Below are positions 25,801 to 40,339 of a DNA stretch of 64,000 nt, in pieces (position 1 is the stretch's first letter; every line of letters starts with the position of its first letter). Origin of the DNA: Lytechinus pictus (Eukaryota). Both the position numbers and the translations under genes were made by a program. The notes under the pieces were generated by a model that saw only the letters and a list, made by a program, of their open reading frames with translations, was not told where the DNA came from and made no database searches. The stretch is taken from contig NC_087252.1 in the NCBI RefSeq assembly GCF_037042905.1, positions 26,476,001 to 26,540,000 on the forward strand, in the 5' to 3' direction.

Positions 25801-28529
25801 TTTATTTATTTATTTATTTATTTACCACTCGTGGGATTGAACACCCTTTCAGCAAATGCTGTTTTTTTCGTAGGGATGCCATTGAATTTGACTCAAATGT
25901 ATCATTAATTACTATACCAAAAGCAGCAATATCTCTTTGATAACTATACCAAATGCAGAAATATCTTTTACATATTTTAACCTCTTATCACAATTTCCCT
26001 CTCTCGAAAAGCAGTAATAACATTTAATAACATATACAGATCCCAAAATATACATGTAGCATAAACTCCTAAAAAATAAAATTAGCCCTTCAATTCTCCC
26101 AAAACTAAACCCTTTTCACATTCTCCTACCATCTTGTCTGATGTTACTTGTACCAAAATCTTGTTACCCTAAAACAAAATCGAACAAGGGGTACATTTTC
26201 AGAACCACTCTCCCAAAATAGTTGCTGAAGCTAAAGCAAGTGAAAGGAATGAAATCAATACTGCCCTTGTGTGTTTATGTGTTGGGTTTGTCCAGTTAAA
26301 CATGTTTTAACTTATGTTGATAGTATTACATGTACATGTATTATCAAATGATTTCAATTATTAAATTGAATATTAAGTTAGCATTTTACTAAATTTGTAA
26401 TTTCAAATCGGCTTATTTTATCTTATATATAAGGGTGGTTATCTCGACAAATCTTGACAGGTTTTTATGACCACCTAATTCCAATATTGTATCTTTTTAT
26501 TGTCATTTGTATCTGTTTAATACTTGTTTTACATGTACCTTACATTTTCTGGCCTTATTATTGTACATTGTATTTGTTATAACTGTATTCTATACTCTGT
26601 ATTGATTTTTATTGGAATTGAATAAAACATTGAATTTAATTGAATAATCAAGCTTCTCTAATAATTTATAGGGAACGATCCCAAGAGGTGTAGTGAATCT
26701 TGTCTGAAAACATGATGCTGCTCATGTTTTTAAACCCAAAATAAAAGAAAAAGAAAAACAATTACATGAGCAAGGGAAAGGAGAATCAATCGAAATACAA
26801 AAATAACACCGGATATGGACACTTTGATTTTTAGACAAGATATCAATTCGGATACATCTCTTTTCTTCATTTCACCATCTGATTGCCTTGTGGGGAAGCC
26901 GAAGGCAGCGGACTATGAAATGATTGCAACCTCGGCAAGGTGGACTAAAAATAGCCACCATTAAGAGTCACTTCCTATGGCTATGGTGGTTTCAAAGGAC
27001 AAATAGCTGAATATCAAGTGCTTCATTGACAGGCAGAAAACGGCCAGCTCCGGAAGCAGAGAAAAGTTTGTTTCCGATCAGAGGAGAAACATGACGATAC
27101 CAGCCATGATTAGGGAGCAATCTGCTTGTAATGTGATGAATATAATGCAATAAAATATTGAATAGGTTTTGATATTTCTTAACGTCAATCTTGTAATTAA
27201 TCAATAATGCATGCGTCTTTGGAGCACTTCATGCAAAAGTGAATTTCACTATGTTATAAGCTGCTATTAAAACCATTGCAACTGACTGGCCAGAACAGAT
27301 TTGTCAGAAAAAAATCACTGAGAGATCTTCATGAAATAATTCCCTAATTCATAGGAAAATAGACATGATAGTTATAACATAACTAAAGAAACAATGCTTG
27401 AACACAAGGACCAAATGATACAAAATAACACCAAGTGTCTATCACAATCGCTAGCATCGATCGACTGGATGCGATCGCGGGCTGTTGTTTTGCCACCGAT
27501 GTCTGCTACCCCGTATAATTGGCGGAAGGATGGAATCGGTGCGGCGGAGCGCTCATGCCAAAAATAACATCGGAGGGAGTCTCAAGGCAATCTTGACCAT
27601 TACATACTTCCGGCCGGTCAGTCATGTCCAGTGCAATGACAGGTCGATACCAGATTAATTATCTTCATTCCCAAAGTGGAAGGATAAAGCTAGATTGTTG
27701 AAGATCCTTCAAGTGATTCTATTACACAACCTCCCTTCATATTACACAACCACATTTGGGCCTAAATTTGGGTATTTTCGGGCAAAGCCAGTTTTCTATA
27801 GGCCACAATTTATATCACAGCACAAAAGGGGGCGGAGACTTAAAACTTCAAAAGGGCACAAAAAATATCCAAAGACAATGAGAGGTCATCTCAGGAGTTA
27901 ATTTTCAATTTGTCTAATGCCAATTCATCCAATTACCAACTCGTCTACTATCATTTATTCTACCATAATTTTGTCCACTATCCACATGGTCTAACTGTCA
28001 TTTCGTCCACTCACCATTTCCACTGTTACCTTTATGACCAAGCGATTGTGTAGAATGGTCAAGCGGCAGAAATTCATGTACAAGTAATGTACTTTAATAG
28101 CACATACCACACAAATGACTTTATTCACACATTCTATTCATATCTACTACTGATTGTGTTAAAAAAGTTCATCTTCATCTCTCCCTCTCGACCACCACTC
28201 CCCCCCATCTTCATCTCCCCATCCCTTCACTCTTTTCTAATATATTTCTCTCTCCATCCCTTCATCTCTCCCTCCACCTTCCCATCTCCCCTATCTCTCA
28301 AAGAGTATTTCTGGTGGTGATTACTACCCCCCCCCCCAAAAAAAAGATAACCAAATACTTTCCTCCCAAACAATATTGCCAGGGCCTTGTCACATACAGC
28401 AATAGTGATTGATTGTAAAACTAATTTTTATGATTGATCATACAGAGTAATCAATGCAATCAATCGTAGAAAATAGATTCATGATCAATCGCTAAAGCTT
28501 TATGTTATGGGGGTCCAGCTGTATTTTAA

Positions 28530-28911
28530 AGATAAATACCAGTTTTAGTAATGATCTCAAAATGATTTTGGACGGAATCCGATGAAATTACCACCAAAGT
28601 GATTGTTTGTATAAATATAAAATATGTGCCAAACAGCTCTGGAATACAATATGTAATTGGTGAGGAATGGAGCATCAAATGTCAGGTATTTTTCGAAGCA
28701 ATATTAATACACTGTCCCATACATGCTTTTCTGTGTTAGTGATCATCAGAACGATTGATTTTGAGCTAAAATTTCACGAGTTTACAAAGATATGTTTACA
28801 TTTAATGTACCAGATTTAGATGTATGATAATATTTTGAAAATTAAACTTGATTTAAAAGACTTAGAACTCACAAAATAATTGTTTGCTGCAATTACTGTC
28901 ATCTTTTACCT
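28530..28911. mobile_element. Degenerate TTAA-flanked MITE, third family; another copy starts at 63892 in opposite orientation
   Basis: TTAA|AGATAAA ... TTTACCT|TTAA; reverse complement of 28800-28911 aligns by eye with 63892-64000. Confidence 0.6.
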
Positions 28912-29810
28912 TTAATTGCTTTTCATCCCCCAATATACTTGATATTCAAAATGCCATGCAACATTAGCTCATAACAGGTAGAACAGTTAAAGAGCATTTT
29001 GTTGCTATTTATACAACAAGTTATTAACTTCAGGCACGACAGTTCTCTCTAAAAATAGACCCAATCACTAGGTCAATGAGATTATATGAATACGCACTTA
29101 GAAGAGGTGTATTTGTTTAGCTAGATATCATGGGAGAGTACAATTAACCTTGCTCTATAAACACACTTTCTTTCTTTTGCCCTCTCCATGCCTATCCCGG
29201 GCTTTAAATCTTTAATTCCATAACGGCGCGATGGCTCCCGATAATGTCCACTCCCGTCTCGCGCTGGCATACCTGCGCCTCTATCTCCCTCCTGCGTTAA
29301 TTACCGAAACGGGGAGGGCTATTTTGGTACATCCGGCCAGATTTGCTCTCTGTGCCAGCAGAATTTTGCGCTTGACTCGCCCACAGCTGAAGGAACAGCT
29401 GACTGCACAAGTGTCGTCCACCTAAATCAGTCTGGGCAATCAAAATCTTTGGAGATTCTTGTTTTTCCGCCTCAATAGAAGGACTGAATGCAGATTTTAT
29501 GAGGTCAAATTAAATCTGCTTTTGTTTTTCAAATTGGCCATTATTGTCAATATTCTATTCATTTTCAAACCCTAAATTAAAAAAAAGGTAGATGAAGTAA
29601 AATGGTTGAAGTGGTTTATAAATGAAGAGTTGCCAATTTGCCATGGATTAATTAATCTGCTGTTTTTGCTCGACGAATTGGCAACAATTCTGAATAATCT
29701 ATTAATTTTCAAACATTGATTAAAACACATGGGTAGACCAAGTGATTGGTTAGCAAAAAGTTGCCAATTTGATTTTCTTTTAATGATTTCCCTAAATTGA
29801 ATGGCCTTAA

Positions 29811-30413
29811 AGGTCAAGTCCACCCCAGAAAAATGTTGATTTGAATGAATAGAGAAAAATCTAACGAGCATAACGCTGAAAACTTCATCAAAATCGGATG
29901 TAAAATAAGAGAGTTATGACATTTTAAAGTTTCGCATATTTTTCTCAAAACAGTTATATGCACAACTCAGTGATATGCAAATGCGAGAGTCTATGATGTC
30001 CATCACTCACTGTTTCTTTTGTTTTTTATTGTTTGAATTGTACAATATATCAATTTATACAGAATTGACAATAATGTAAAACTTGACTGAACTACATAAT
30101 GTTGAACAATGTTAATTCCACAAGTTCAGGGAGGAATAAAGCTCGATTTCAAATGACATGGGGGAGAAAATCAGAATATTTCATATTTCAGATAATAAAA
30201 TACAAAAGAAATAGTGAGTGCGTGATGTCATCAGTCCCCTCATTTGCATACTGGCCAGGATGTGCATATAACTGTTGTGTGAAATTAAGCGAAACTTTAA
30301 ATTGTCATAACTTTCTTATTTTACATCCGATTTTGATGAAATTTTCAGTGTTATGATTGTTGGATTTTTCTCTTTTTATTCAAATCAACTTTTTGTCGGG
30401 GTGGACTTGTCCT
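29811..30413. mobile_element. Kolobok-like non-autonomous element (copy of 12695-13296)
   Basis: TTAA|AGGTCAAGTCCACCCC ... GGGGTGGACTTGTCCT; colinear with the first copy. Confidence 0.88.
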
Positions 30414-30582
30414 TAAAAGTTAATTCAGGAATGGCACAATATGACGTGCTGGAAATGGTATCAACATTTTTCGTACCTCTTTCTCCCTCTTATCATATTC
30501 CATGTGTAAGTGCTAGCAATAGGATAAATGTTAATAAAGAGGGGAAAAAAGTGATCAATGTGAATCTTTAATTAGTTTCCTC

Positions 30583-30866
30583 CAGGGCCCCGGTCTTACA
30601 AAGAGTTACGATTGATCCGATCAATCGCAGCTCTTTGGAAATCCACTAATGTCAATCTTTTTTCTGCAGGAAATTTGCACATATCGTAAACAAGGAGAAG
30701 TACACTAAATTTTCAAGAAAATGTGAACGTATGAATACTATACAGCATTATCTAGAAAACATTTTGAACAAACATGTATGCATTTTTTATTAGATGTTGG
30801 TGTTGCCGGCTTTCCATAGTTGTGGTTGATTGGATCAATTGCAACTCTTTGTAAGGCAGGGCCCAG
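30583..30866. mobile_element. MITE copy of the 14892 family, inverted
   Basis: gtcttacaaagagttacgattgatccgatcaa ... ttggatcaattgcaactctttgtaag. Confidence 0.85.
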
Positions 30867-33800
30867 GTATTATTTCCCTACCAGATTAATTAATTATTCA
30901 GCCGATTGTGATAAATTCCATCACACATACAAAAATCTCTTTGCATAATACTGTCCTCCTATTTCTCTTCATCTCCGTTTTTCCTCCTTGACTACCTGCG
31001 TTTTCTTGATTAATTCCTTCCGTTGACATTTCTCGCATCCTCTCTTCATCTTCCCCCCCTCTCTCTCTCACTCCTTCTCTCTCACAAATTGAATTGTCCA
31101 GAGCATGGCATACAGCCCTACATGCAATTTGTGAATGGGCTGTAAATGGTTTCCGGATTCAAATTGATTCGCCTCCGACGGACGAGCCGGTGTGTTTCTA
31201 TTTTGGGGGGCTGGCCGTCGATGAATTATGAATGCGATTAAATCCATCTCCCAAACCAACTAATGAAAGTGGATGGAGATCGAGAAAGAGAGAGAGAAAT
31301 AGCAGAGATAACAGAACAGGTAGAGACTAGAAGCCATGTGAAGGAATGCAAAAGGCTAATATTTAATAACCTATGCTGTAGTTACATGTACAGGAATTGA
31401 TTTATTGTATGAAAAATTACTTTTTATTTCACCAAAAACAAAATTAAAGTGACAGACTTTCTACTGTATTAGGGTGACCTGAAGAGAACGGTGACAAAAT
31501 ATTTGCTCCTGTGGCAATTGCTCTAGGCTTAACTTCGTCTAAGATGTAGGGTTAGGGTTGCAATAGGGTTTTATGTTGGGTTTAGGGTAGGGTATCATGT
31601 TAAACCCAGGGTTGGAGTTGGTCATTTGATTAGTGTGCAGAATTTAGAGCGGAGTAATTCAAAAAAGGCAATTCAACAACTTGACCTCATTCCTAGTTCC
31701 CGCTGTCACCATTCGCGCCAAAATAAATCGTGGAGTAATCGTAATAATCGTGTCAGATCGTGAGGTGAGTTGTGGCAATCATGTTGACGGTAGAAAAGAA
31801 AAAAGTTTGGACGGATCAAACAAGTTTGCGATCGGCTACAAAAGGCCAATCGTAAAAGATCGCATGACATTGGGAACAAGGGATCGAAGACCACTTTTCT
31901 TGTAGACGATAGTGTTTGAATATAAATTGTAATTTCTGTTCATGTTAGATCTGTTGCGTATATTTTATCACTATAGTGTTTGAATATCGCATTTTCTAGA
32001 TCAATTTTCTATCCAGGTAAGGAATGCTTTTAATTTTTTTGAGTAATGTTCTTTATTAATACATGATAGAATTTTGAAAATCCTAAAGCAGTGGAGTCAA
32101 GTCATCAAAGAGAGGGAAAGTGAGAGAAAAACGAAAGAAAGAAAGAGATAGAGACCAAGTTCATGAGAGCAATCGAAGAAAGAGGATTTGTGAAAAAGAA
32201 AAATGTCCAGCAAGAGATATTGTTCAATCAATTCTGGCCATGGAATACTTAGTGCCTTTATTTTCAGCATGGACAACACTAGTGTAATAAATGCTTTGAT
32301 CTCCACACAGAAGTACATCTGTAATTACATGAAGTAAAATATATTGAAATGCCTTGCAAGACAACAGCTTTTGATTTTCATCTCAGGCACAGGAGTAATT
32401 TCATAGAAGCCCCCAAAATCATTAAAAAAAAATATGCCAGTTTGATGCTGAGGTCCCAAAATGTATTGTTATTGTTGTTAGCAACCGTTGGCAATGACCA
32501 CAGAATGACCCCATCACATGGAACTGCCCCCCTCCCCTCCACCATGCCCCCATGCCACGCACCCTCGCTCCAAGGCGTTGTCCATAAGAGGCCAATAGTT
32601 GGGGTCCAATCAGAGGGAGCTGGTTCTCCCTTCTTTTCCTCTACGATGGCATTCAGAGTATGCCAAAGTTGTACGAGATGCCATACCGGTCTTCTTTTGA
32701 TTTGATAGTCTGAGAAACAGACCCTGTTCTGCAGGTCTGTGGCTGCTAAATGGGTGCTTGACGATGAAGCAGACACTATCGTGTCTGCAGTGACCTATTG
32801 AATATGTTGGTTCTACATTGTAAGACTATGATTTTGGCTTGCATTTATTATTGAGTTTAATTGCTTGGCAATCAATCAGAATCAATTTTGTGTAATATTA
32901 CACAAGTCATATTTTAGACAAAGTCATAGACTATATTTTTCCCCATACATTAAAAAAAAATGCAATGAAACATTTTTATTTTCCAATTAATGTTCTTTTT
33001 GTATTTCTCATTACAAAATTAAATATGGTTGAAATTCGGAATGTCATTCGAAACAAATATCAAAATCGAATCATTGCTATCCATGAGGATTTTTAAGAAA
33101 TAATTATTTCCATTTGTTGTGCAAAATTGAGTGAATTTTCAATTCAGATGGGGGGGGGGGGGAAATGAAATAAATAAAGATTGGTCATTTGCTAATCAAG
33201 GATGAAATATTTAGAATCTTTCAAGTATACAGTATATAATTTATATATTATGATGAATATAAATTGATGAAAAGTGAAGTTTTAGGATCTTGGAGTGGCT
33301 ATTTTGGTGCAATTTTTGCTTATGGTTCAATCCCAACGAGAAGGCTTCATAAATTCATTATTCATTCCATGGACTATCAATTCTCATTAGATCTCCCATC
33401 CGTCTGAGCGCCACCATCGATTAAGCTCAGACCACTCGTCAAATCGCCCGTTATTAAGAAGTCCTCTCAGATGACACCACAACGAGGGAGATTAAGACTT
33501 CTGACAAGATGGGATTTTTTTTTGGGGGGGGGGGGGGGCAATGATCATGAAAATTTGCTTGTTTTTGTTTCATTCATTCATACCTCAAAATCTTGTCCCT
33601 TTTCTTCTTTATTCTTAAAACCCTGCCAACCTGTCTCTTTTCATCCGTCTGTCTGTCCTCTCTCTGTCTTTCCCCCTCTCTTTATCTCTCTCTGTCATTT
33701 ATTCTCTCCATCTTTTGCAATGAGGTTTTGAAGCTACTAATGTCATCATGAAAGTCATGATAATTTGCTTGTTTTCGTGTCATTCATTCACGCCTCAAAA

Positions 33801-34019
33801 ATCAAAATCTTCTCCCTTTTTTTCTTCATTTTCAAAACCCTGCCAAGCTCTTTATCTGTCTGTCTTTCCCCTCTCTTTATCTCTCTCTCTGTCGTTTCTT
33901 CTCTCCATCATCACATCCCTCCATCTCCCTTTCACTCCCTCTATTATCCCTTCTTAAACCATCTTCCCTCCCTTTATCTACCACGAGCCCAGGGAGGGGG
34001 AATCTCTTCGCCCCTGCTC

Positions 34020-34222
34020 TGACGTCACAAACCTCATGCTTTGAACTGCGTCCTACAAATGCACGGATGACGTCAAACAGTTCATGATGTATCTAGCCGG
34101 TCGCCGTGGCGATGGCGTCACCAAGAGTTGAAGGCTTGTCAAGAATGTTTTAGGACGTATCATGTTTTATCTTGTCTCGTAAGGTTCGTCTGGGCAGTAT
34201 TTCTTGACAGCTTACGACGTCA
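34020..34222. promoter_or_regulatory. Cluster of CRE (CREB/ATF) motifs, candidate enhancer
   Basis: TGACGTCA at 34020 and 34068, TGGCGTCA at 34113, CGACGTCA at 34215. Confidence 0.5.
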
Positions 34223-34492
34223 CGGTACCCCCAAAGCACATTCACATCATAATACCCAATCCATTTGGCCCATTACATATTAAAATGAAGAAGCCAAAGT
34301 TGGTTCACCTTATATGGTAGTGTGCAATAATTTTCACTCTCACTCTAAAGAAAGAAAAGGGCCCTGTTGCATAAAGGTTACTATTATGTAACTTTGCCAT
34401 CAAATGGTAACTACCATGGTAACGAGTCTAACGACGCTCAACAGCCAATCAAATTCAAGGATTCCAAGCAAGTTAATAATGGTAACTTTTAG

Positions 34493-34867
34493 CAGGGATC
34501 CACACCGACCCCTTTTTCTACTGGTCCAACCTGTTCATGTCGAGCCAGTAGACACCCGGTTTTTTTCATGTTTTACTGGCCCAAACCTAAAATTTATTGG
34601 TCCCCCAAAACATAAAAAAAAGTTTATTTTGATGTCTTTTATTGCTTTTTTGCCCCCTAAAAAAACCCATACAAACAAACAGTACACACACACTTAATGC
34701 ATGAGAGCCATTTTTAAAGATGCAAATGCCATTTTTATAATTTACAAAGAGGAAAAATATCAGTTTGATATATTTTTTACTTGTTATGTCGGACCAGAAA
34801 AGTTACTGGACTGACACCAATTTTAACTGGTCTGCGACCGCCGGACCGGTGCCAGTGTTGTGCACTG
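34493..34867. mobile_element. CAG...CTG-terminated element inserted into an older MITE, 7-bp TSD
   Basis: CTTTTAG at 34486-34492 and 34868-34874; host MITE halves at 34359-34492 and 34875-34886. Confidence 0.65.
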
Positions 34868-37291
34868 CTTTTAGACAGCAGGGCCCTTTTTCAAAAATTT
34901 CAAAAAACCTGAATACGTCTAGTTACCACATAATTACATAGCCCATAGGAAAAGGTGATGAGTATTCAGGGCGGTGGGGGGGGGGGGGGAGGGGGTGGTG
35001 GGGTTATCGGGCCCAGTTTAATACTGACCAACAATACAATTCATTGATATTTCTTTTCTGTGAGGTCTATTTTGCGGATTTGACAAGAGATGTTTAAAAT
35101 CTTTGCTATCAAAAGAGAAGTTTACCTTCGTGTTATATTGGATTTTATCAGGATTTGAGCTTACTGGAGATTTTTTTTTTAATGCAACTCTTTCAGCATT
35201 AAAAAAACACTTCAGAAAAAGTTAAGAGTGAACATATGGCAAAAATAACCACAAATAATGATTAATTGAAAATCTGAAGGAAAAAGTTTGATTTATATGA
35301 TATAAAATATCTATATAGAAAATCATTATCATGAAAAACATCTTACAATGGACACTCACTTTGAGTCAAGAAAGAGCATATTAATTACCTAAATTATGTC
35401 TTTTAAATGTCCTTTAATAAAAGGACTATGATGTAAAACAGCTGTTGCTGATCGTGCTTTTATCCTGTATAAATATGTTCAAATCTATAGAATTTTTGAA
35501 GTATTACCAAAACGACAAGAAAACTGCTCAATTTATGAGGGGATAGATTCCAGCTAGATGCGAGGATAGATTCCAACCAAATATAGAGCTATGGTAAATT
35601 GGTAATTGTATATCATACCACTTTTAACTCTAGAGTAAAAAAAAAAATTCTCTTTCAATCAATGATTCCAGGCTAAATATTCAACCAACGTCAATAAGAT
35701 TCTCTCCAATTCTTTTTTTAGGAAAAAGCTCCTTCTAAAATTACCTACAAGAATGCACGAGCGATATCCTAGATAATCTGCGCAATAAACCCTTATTCTT
35801 ATCATGACTGCTAAGAACAACTTTGAAGAGATACAAGTATCTATGACATGAGAGCACATTTGAAAAGTACGTCACAAACTGCCAGTTCGGGATTAAGCAC
35901 TACGCACTCATGACGTTTTGGAATGTGAGAGCTACGTAAAACATCTTCCTTTTTTGTCGTAATTATTATTCATCTTGATTTCCTAACGTTCAAGAAAACT
36001 GAATAGATTACAATATCAAATGTAAGCTTTGAGAATATTACAAGCACACATCAATGCCACGGGATGAGTTCTCCAAGGCTCCCATGTAATATCATATTAT
36101 CAATATTTCTTTCAATTTGCATCAATCTTATGTTTGTTTCTCCTTCCTTTTTTTTACCCCTTAAAGTAATTTGCACAAATCAGATTTGCTTTCTGAAAAT
36201 GATCCAAAAAGGGAATGTTTTTCAAAACATATAGGCTCACAAGGTATATTTTAGCTGCTAATCCGCATTTCAAAACAGGCTTCAAATGGCTTTAATTTTC
36301 ATGAATATGTTAAGCTGATACAGCCACGTACGTCTCAAAATCAGACTGAATTCTTAATTGCCAAGTCTACTACTGTGGCCTTTAAGCACAAAATTCACAC
36401 GGACCACGGAAAGATTCTGATTTGGAAAAGGCCTTTATCAAAGGAAAAACACTATCATTAGAGATTGGAAATACCAATTTCCTTCCAGACAATATCTACC
36501 TGCTCCTTCCTAATCACAAGAAAATTGAGGGTAAAAAGTACAGAGCAAACAGACCTGGAAAATACCACCCCCCCCCCCCAAAAAAAAAAGGAAAAAGAAA
36601 ATTCAAAAGAAACAAAATACACTTGAGTGTATACTTGCCATCAATGGCAACATGCATGGTTCGAAAGACAAGCAAAAGTAAATATTTTTATCAGTTTAAA
36701 GGAAAAGTGCCAATCATTTTCTTTATTATTAAATATTATGAAACAGGGGCCAGGATAAATTCATATTAAGTGGGATTATTAAAGAAGAAGAAACAAGAAT
36801 GTGGAAAAGAAGATGAACAAAGATAACAAAGAGGAAAACAAAATCAAACAAGAATGAATAGAACAAACAAGAAAATGAGAAAAGTTGTAAGTGTATTAAA
36901 GTGTCTCTTCATATCAGCTAGTCATACTATCAATTGGGCAATTTTGGTATTAGAGGGCCCACAGCAGAAAGACTTGTGTTTAATGTAATTTTTCAAAATC
37001 AAAGTCACCAATATACGCTTCTGGTTGATTGACTGATTTAAGTTTTATAAACACACTACAAAATAATGTGTCATACTGTATAAGTGTCTGAATATTTAAA
37101 TCTGTTTCAAAACCCTATGATTTGGTATGATTTGTTTTCTTAATGTTATTTATATGATCTAATGATTGAATTACAAAGGAAATGGAGAATCAAGTTGTAA
37201 TCGATATGAACTCTTTGTGCAACTGTTCCAGGAACCATCTAACAAAATCGAAAGGGGAAAGAAAGCAGAAAGTTAAAAAAAAAACCTTAAT

Positions 37292-37426
37292 CAAGGTCCG
37301 GTAACACAAAGGTTAGCGATTGATTGTACGCTTGATTTCTACGATTGATTGTACATTGTAGTCAATGGAATCAATCGTCGAAAAATGTTCTACGATCGTT
37401 GCTAAGCTTTGTGTTACGGGCCCCTG
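37292..37426. mobile_element. ~135-bp MITE; related copy at 28380-28518
   Basis: gtaacacaaaggttagcgat / atcgttgctaagctttgtgttac inverted ends. Confidence 0.75.
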
Positions 37427-37747
37427 TAGGTACACAGGTTCGGACAAAAAGATTATTTATCACGGAACAGGTGCACGTTGCGGAAGATGGAATCAATTTT
37501 GTCAACACTTACCTCGATTAACGAGAACGATTCCTTGCCCGGGGTTAGGCCACTTTACATGTGAAAAACCTGGAGGAAAGAATTTTAAAAAGACAAGAGA
37601 GAAAATAAACATCAGAGAAACATACTTCTAATCTCAAACCAAAATTTACACCAGAAATAGTGATGGGTTTCCATCATCATCAGCAAAAAAAGCTTAATAG
37701 CTCGTGGCCTCAGAATTTCTTGGTAAAATACCAGGAAACTTGACTTA

Positions 37748-37856
37748 AATTTCTTCATCAATATTTCAGGGAAAAAAATTACACAGGGGCTTGGGCCACT
37801 TTATTCAAATTTCTTCATCAATATTTCAGGGGAAAAATTACACAGGGGCTTGGGCC
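37748..37856. repeat. ~60-bp tandem duplication
   Basis: aaatttcttcatcaatatttcaggg...aattacacaggggcttgggcc twice. Confidence 0.9.
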
Positions 37857-39789
37857 TGAGGGCGATTTTGCTCCCAAAATGCTCAAAAGAGCAATGGAAA
37901 GTACAAAACAAGCCCTGGAAAACCCCCATTCATTGCATTGTTAAAAGCTTATCCAATATAACACATTTTTTAGGCAGTCAGTTGTGAGAATCATCTCCCG
38001 GAAAAAAATATAATAATCTACGCAACCCCTTATCTATGTAATATAACATCTTGATTGTCAAGATGGCCTCACATGCTTTATGCTTCAAGTTTCAACAACC
38101 AAGAATGCAACCAGGAACATTATAAAAAAAAAATCATCATTAAAATCAGCAAATCAGAAAGATTTACAGTATAAACAAGAATCATTCAAGATCTACAATA
38201 GGAAACATGTGATTGAAGAGGACACCATACTCTAGCAAAATAAAAAAAAAAGAATACACTTTTCATGGCAAATTTCCATTGGAAATCATGACTAAATAAT
38301 TAAATAGCCATTGTGTGATCAAGTTTCTGCGTGTGGTATGCATGGAAAACACAAGGGGACAGATTTGATATGAGGCACCAAACTACAAATCAGATATTTA
38401 TCCCAATCCCGTCTGTCCTTCCAAATATTTCCATTTGCCCTTGTCTTCCACTTCTCATTTCCGCCCGACGCATGAATCCCGGATTTGATACGAGTCGTTG
38501 GGCGCGATATTAGAGACTTCCTCCGCACATCGGATGTGAATATCGTCCCGATGCGCAACCGAGCACTTCTAATGAAGCAATATACATTGTCGTCTGACTG
38601 AGGGTGTAACTAACGTCTGCGTTCTTTTCATTACCAATGAGAGGCAGAGGGATGTAAGCAATAAACGAAGTCGGAGCGTGGGATAATGGCGATTCCAGAC
38701 ACAGAAATATCTATTTTCTGGAGGACCCGGCCTTTGGTAGACAATTGTGCGTTGAGTAGTTTATCAGACTTGCATTGCTGTGGAGCTCAACTCCACCAAA
38801 AAAATAAATAAAAGGCAAAACTAAATGAGGCATTGGGTTTCATTCAAAGTATTGTCTTGGAGCTGTTTAAGAAAAAATATGGGTCATGGTAAAATGTACT
38901 GTTAAAATTGAAGTTTTAGATGTCAAAATGCATAAGTGGGAAAAGGTGGGTGTGGTCTTCTGATGATAGCATGGAAAAACCCCTCAATAATGGTATGCTT
39001 GTATATTGTTCACACTCTTTTGCAAGATTGATTTTAAAGGAATACTTTCTCAAAGTTTTGCTATCAGTAATGTTCCTTATATCAGTTAAAAAGGATTTAA
39101 GACTAAAAACTATATATATATATATGTATTCATGTCTTTAACTGCAGTCTCCCCCCCCCCTGTCATCTCACTCATAAACCCCCCCCCCCACTTTTATCTC
39201 TTATCCCTTTTCTAGTCCTCTCGCTCTTTCTATCCTTGTGTGTCTCTCTAGCTCTTTCCCTCGCCCCAAATCCTTCATCCCCCCCCCCCCCGACAAGTAC
39301 TCTCTGTAACTATTAAACGTGTATCTCAGCTTGTGTCTCTTTCTTTTTATATCTCTCAAACTCTATCTTTTTAAATTTATTTATATAAAACTACAACTAC
39401 ATCTAGAGTAGATGTGAACACATTGTAACAACACAGGAGAAACGAACTGTTCAAAAATAAGCAAAGTCCTGTAAAAAAAACAAAGATGCTCAGTCTTAAA
39501 ATGTCGAAAGGCAAGGGCACTATTTCATGGGGCACATTTCTTATATATACAGCGCAAATGGCCCCAAAAATTAAAGGGCATCAAAATAATCAAGGAAAAG
39601 GAGGGGCATAGAGGCTAATCAGCCCAGGACATGGTTGACATGAAGGTGGCCTTTGAATGAAGCCATGATCGTCTAGATAAACCTACATTTTGTATAACTT
39701 TTTATCATTCTAGATTGACATTCAATGAACACCAACAATTCTACACACACCGATCTAAGGAAGATGTGAACATGGTGCTATATGAAATC

Positions 39790-40086
39790 CTTGGCCCCGT
39801 CTTACAAAGAGTTACGATTGACCCAATCGAGTTCAAATATATGGAAATCCATCAATGCCATAATTTTTTCTACAGGAAATTTGCACAATTTTCTTTCAGA
39901 CTCCTTTGTAAACTAAGAAAAGCACACAGAATGTTTCAAGAAAACGATGCATGTATGAATACTTGAATAGACATCAAAAAGTAGAAAATACTTTGAGCAA
40001 ACACGCATTTCAGATTTTCATATTGCTGGCTTTCCATAGTTGTGGTTGATCGGATCAATCGCAACTCTTTGCAAGGCGGGGCCCAG
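39790..40086. mobile_element. MITE copy of the 14892 family
   Basis: ggccccgtcttacaaagagttacgattga ... tcaatcgcaactctttgcaaggcggggccc. Confidence 0.85.
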
Positions 40087-40339
40087 ATTTGATTGCTGGC
40101 TTCCCTTTCCATTGTTTCCCCATCCCAATCCCTGTACTGTTTGCTCTCACAAGTAAACTCCCCTCCCGATTTTTGGCTTTACTTGACACCCCCTCCCCCT
40201 TTTTTCCCTCCTCATAATCCCTCATGCCCCCTCTCTGTCTCTCCCCCTGCTTCATTACCCATCTCCCTTTCTCTGATGCACTACATGTATAATATTATAC
40301 TCTCTCCCTACCTCATTCTTTCTCCTTTATCATCCCTCA

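Noticed and set aside
32378..32795. 132-aa minus ORF or candidate upstream exon (VTADTIVSASSSSTHLAATDLQNR)
   Set aside because: Weak donor in phase 0 does not fit the phase-1 entry of exon 12175-12299 and no family motif is present; a non-coding exon cannot be excluded.
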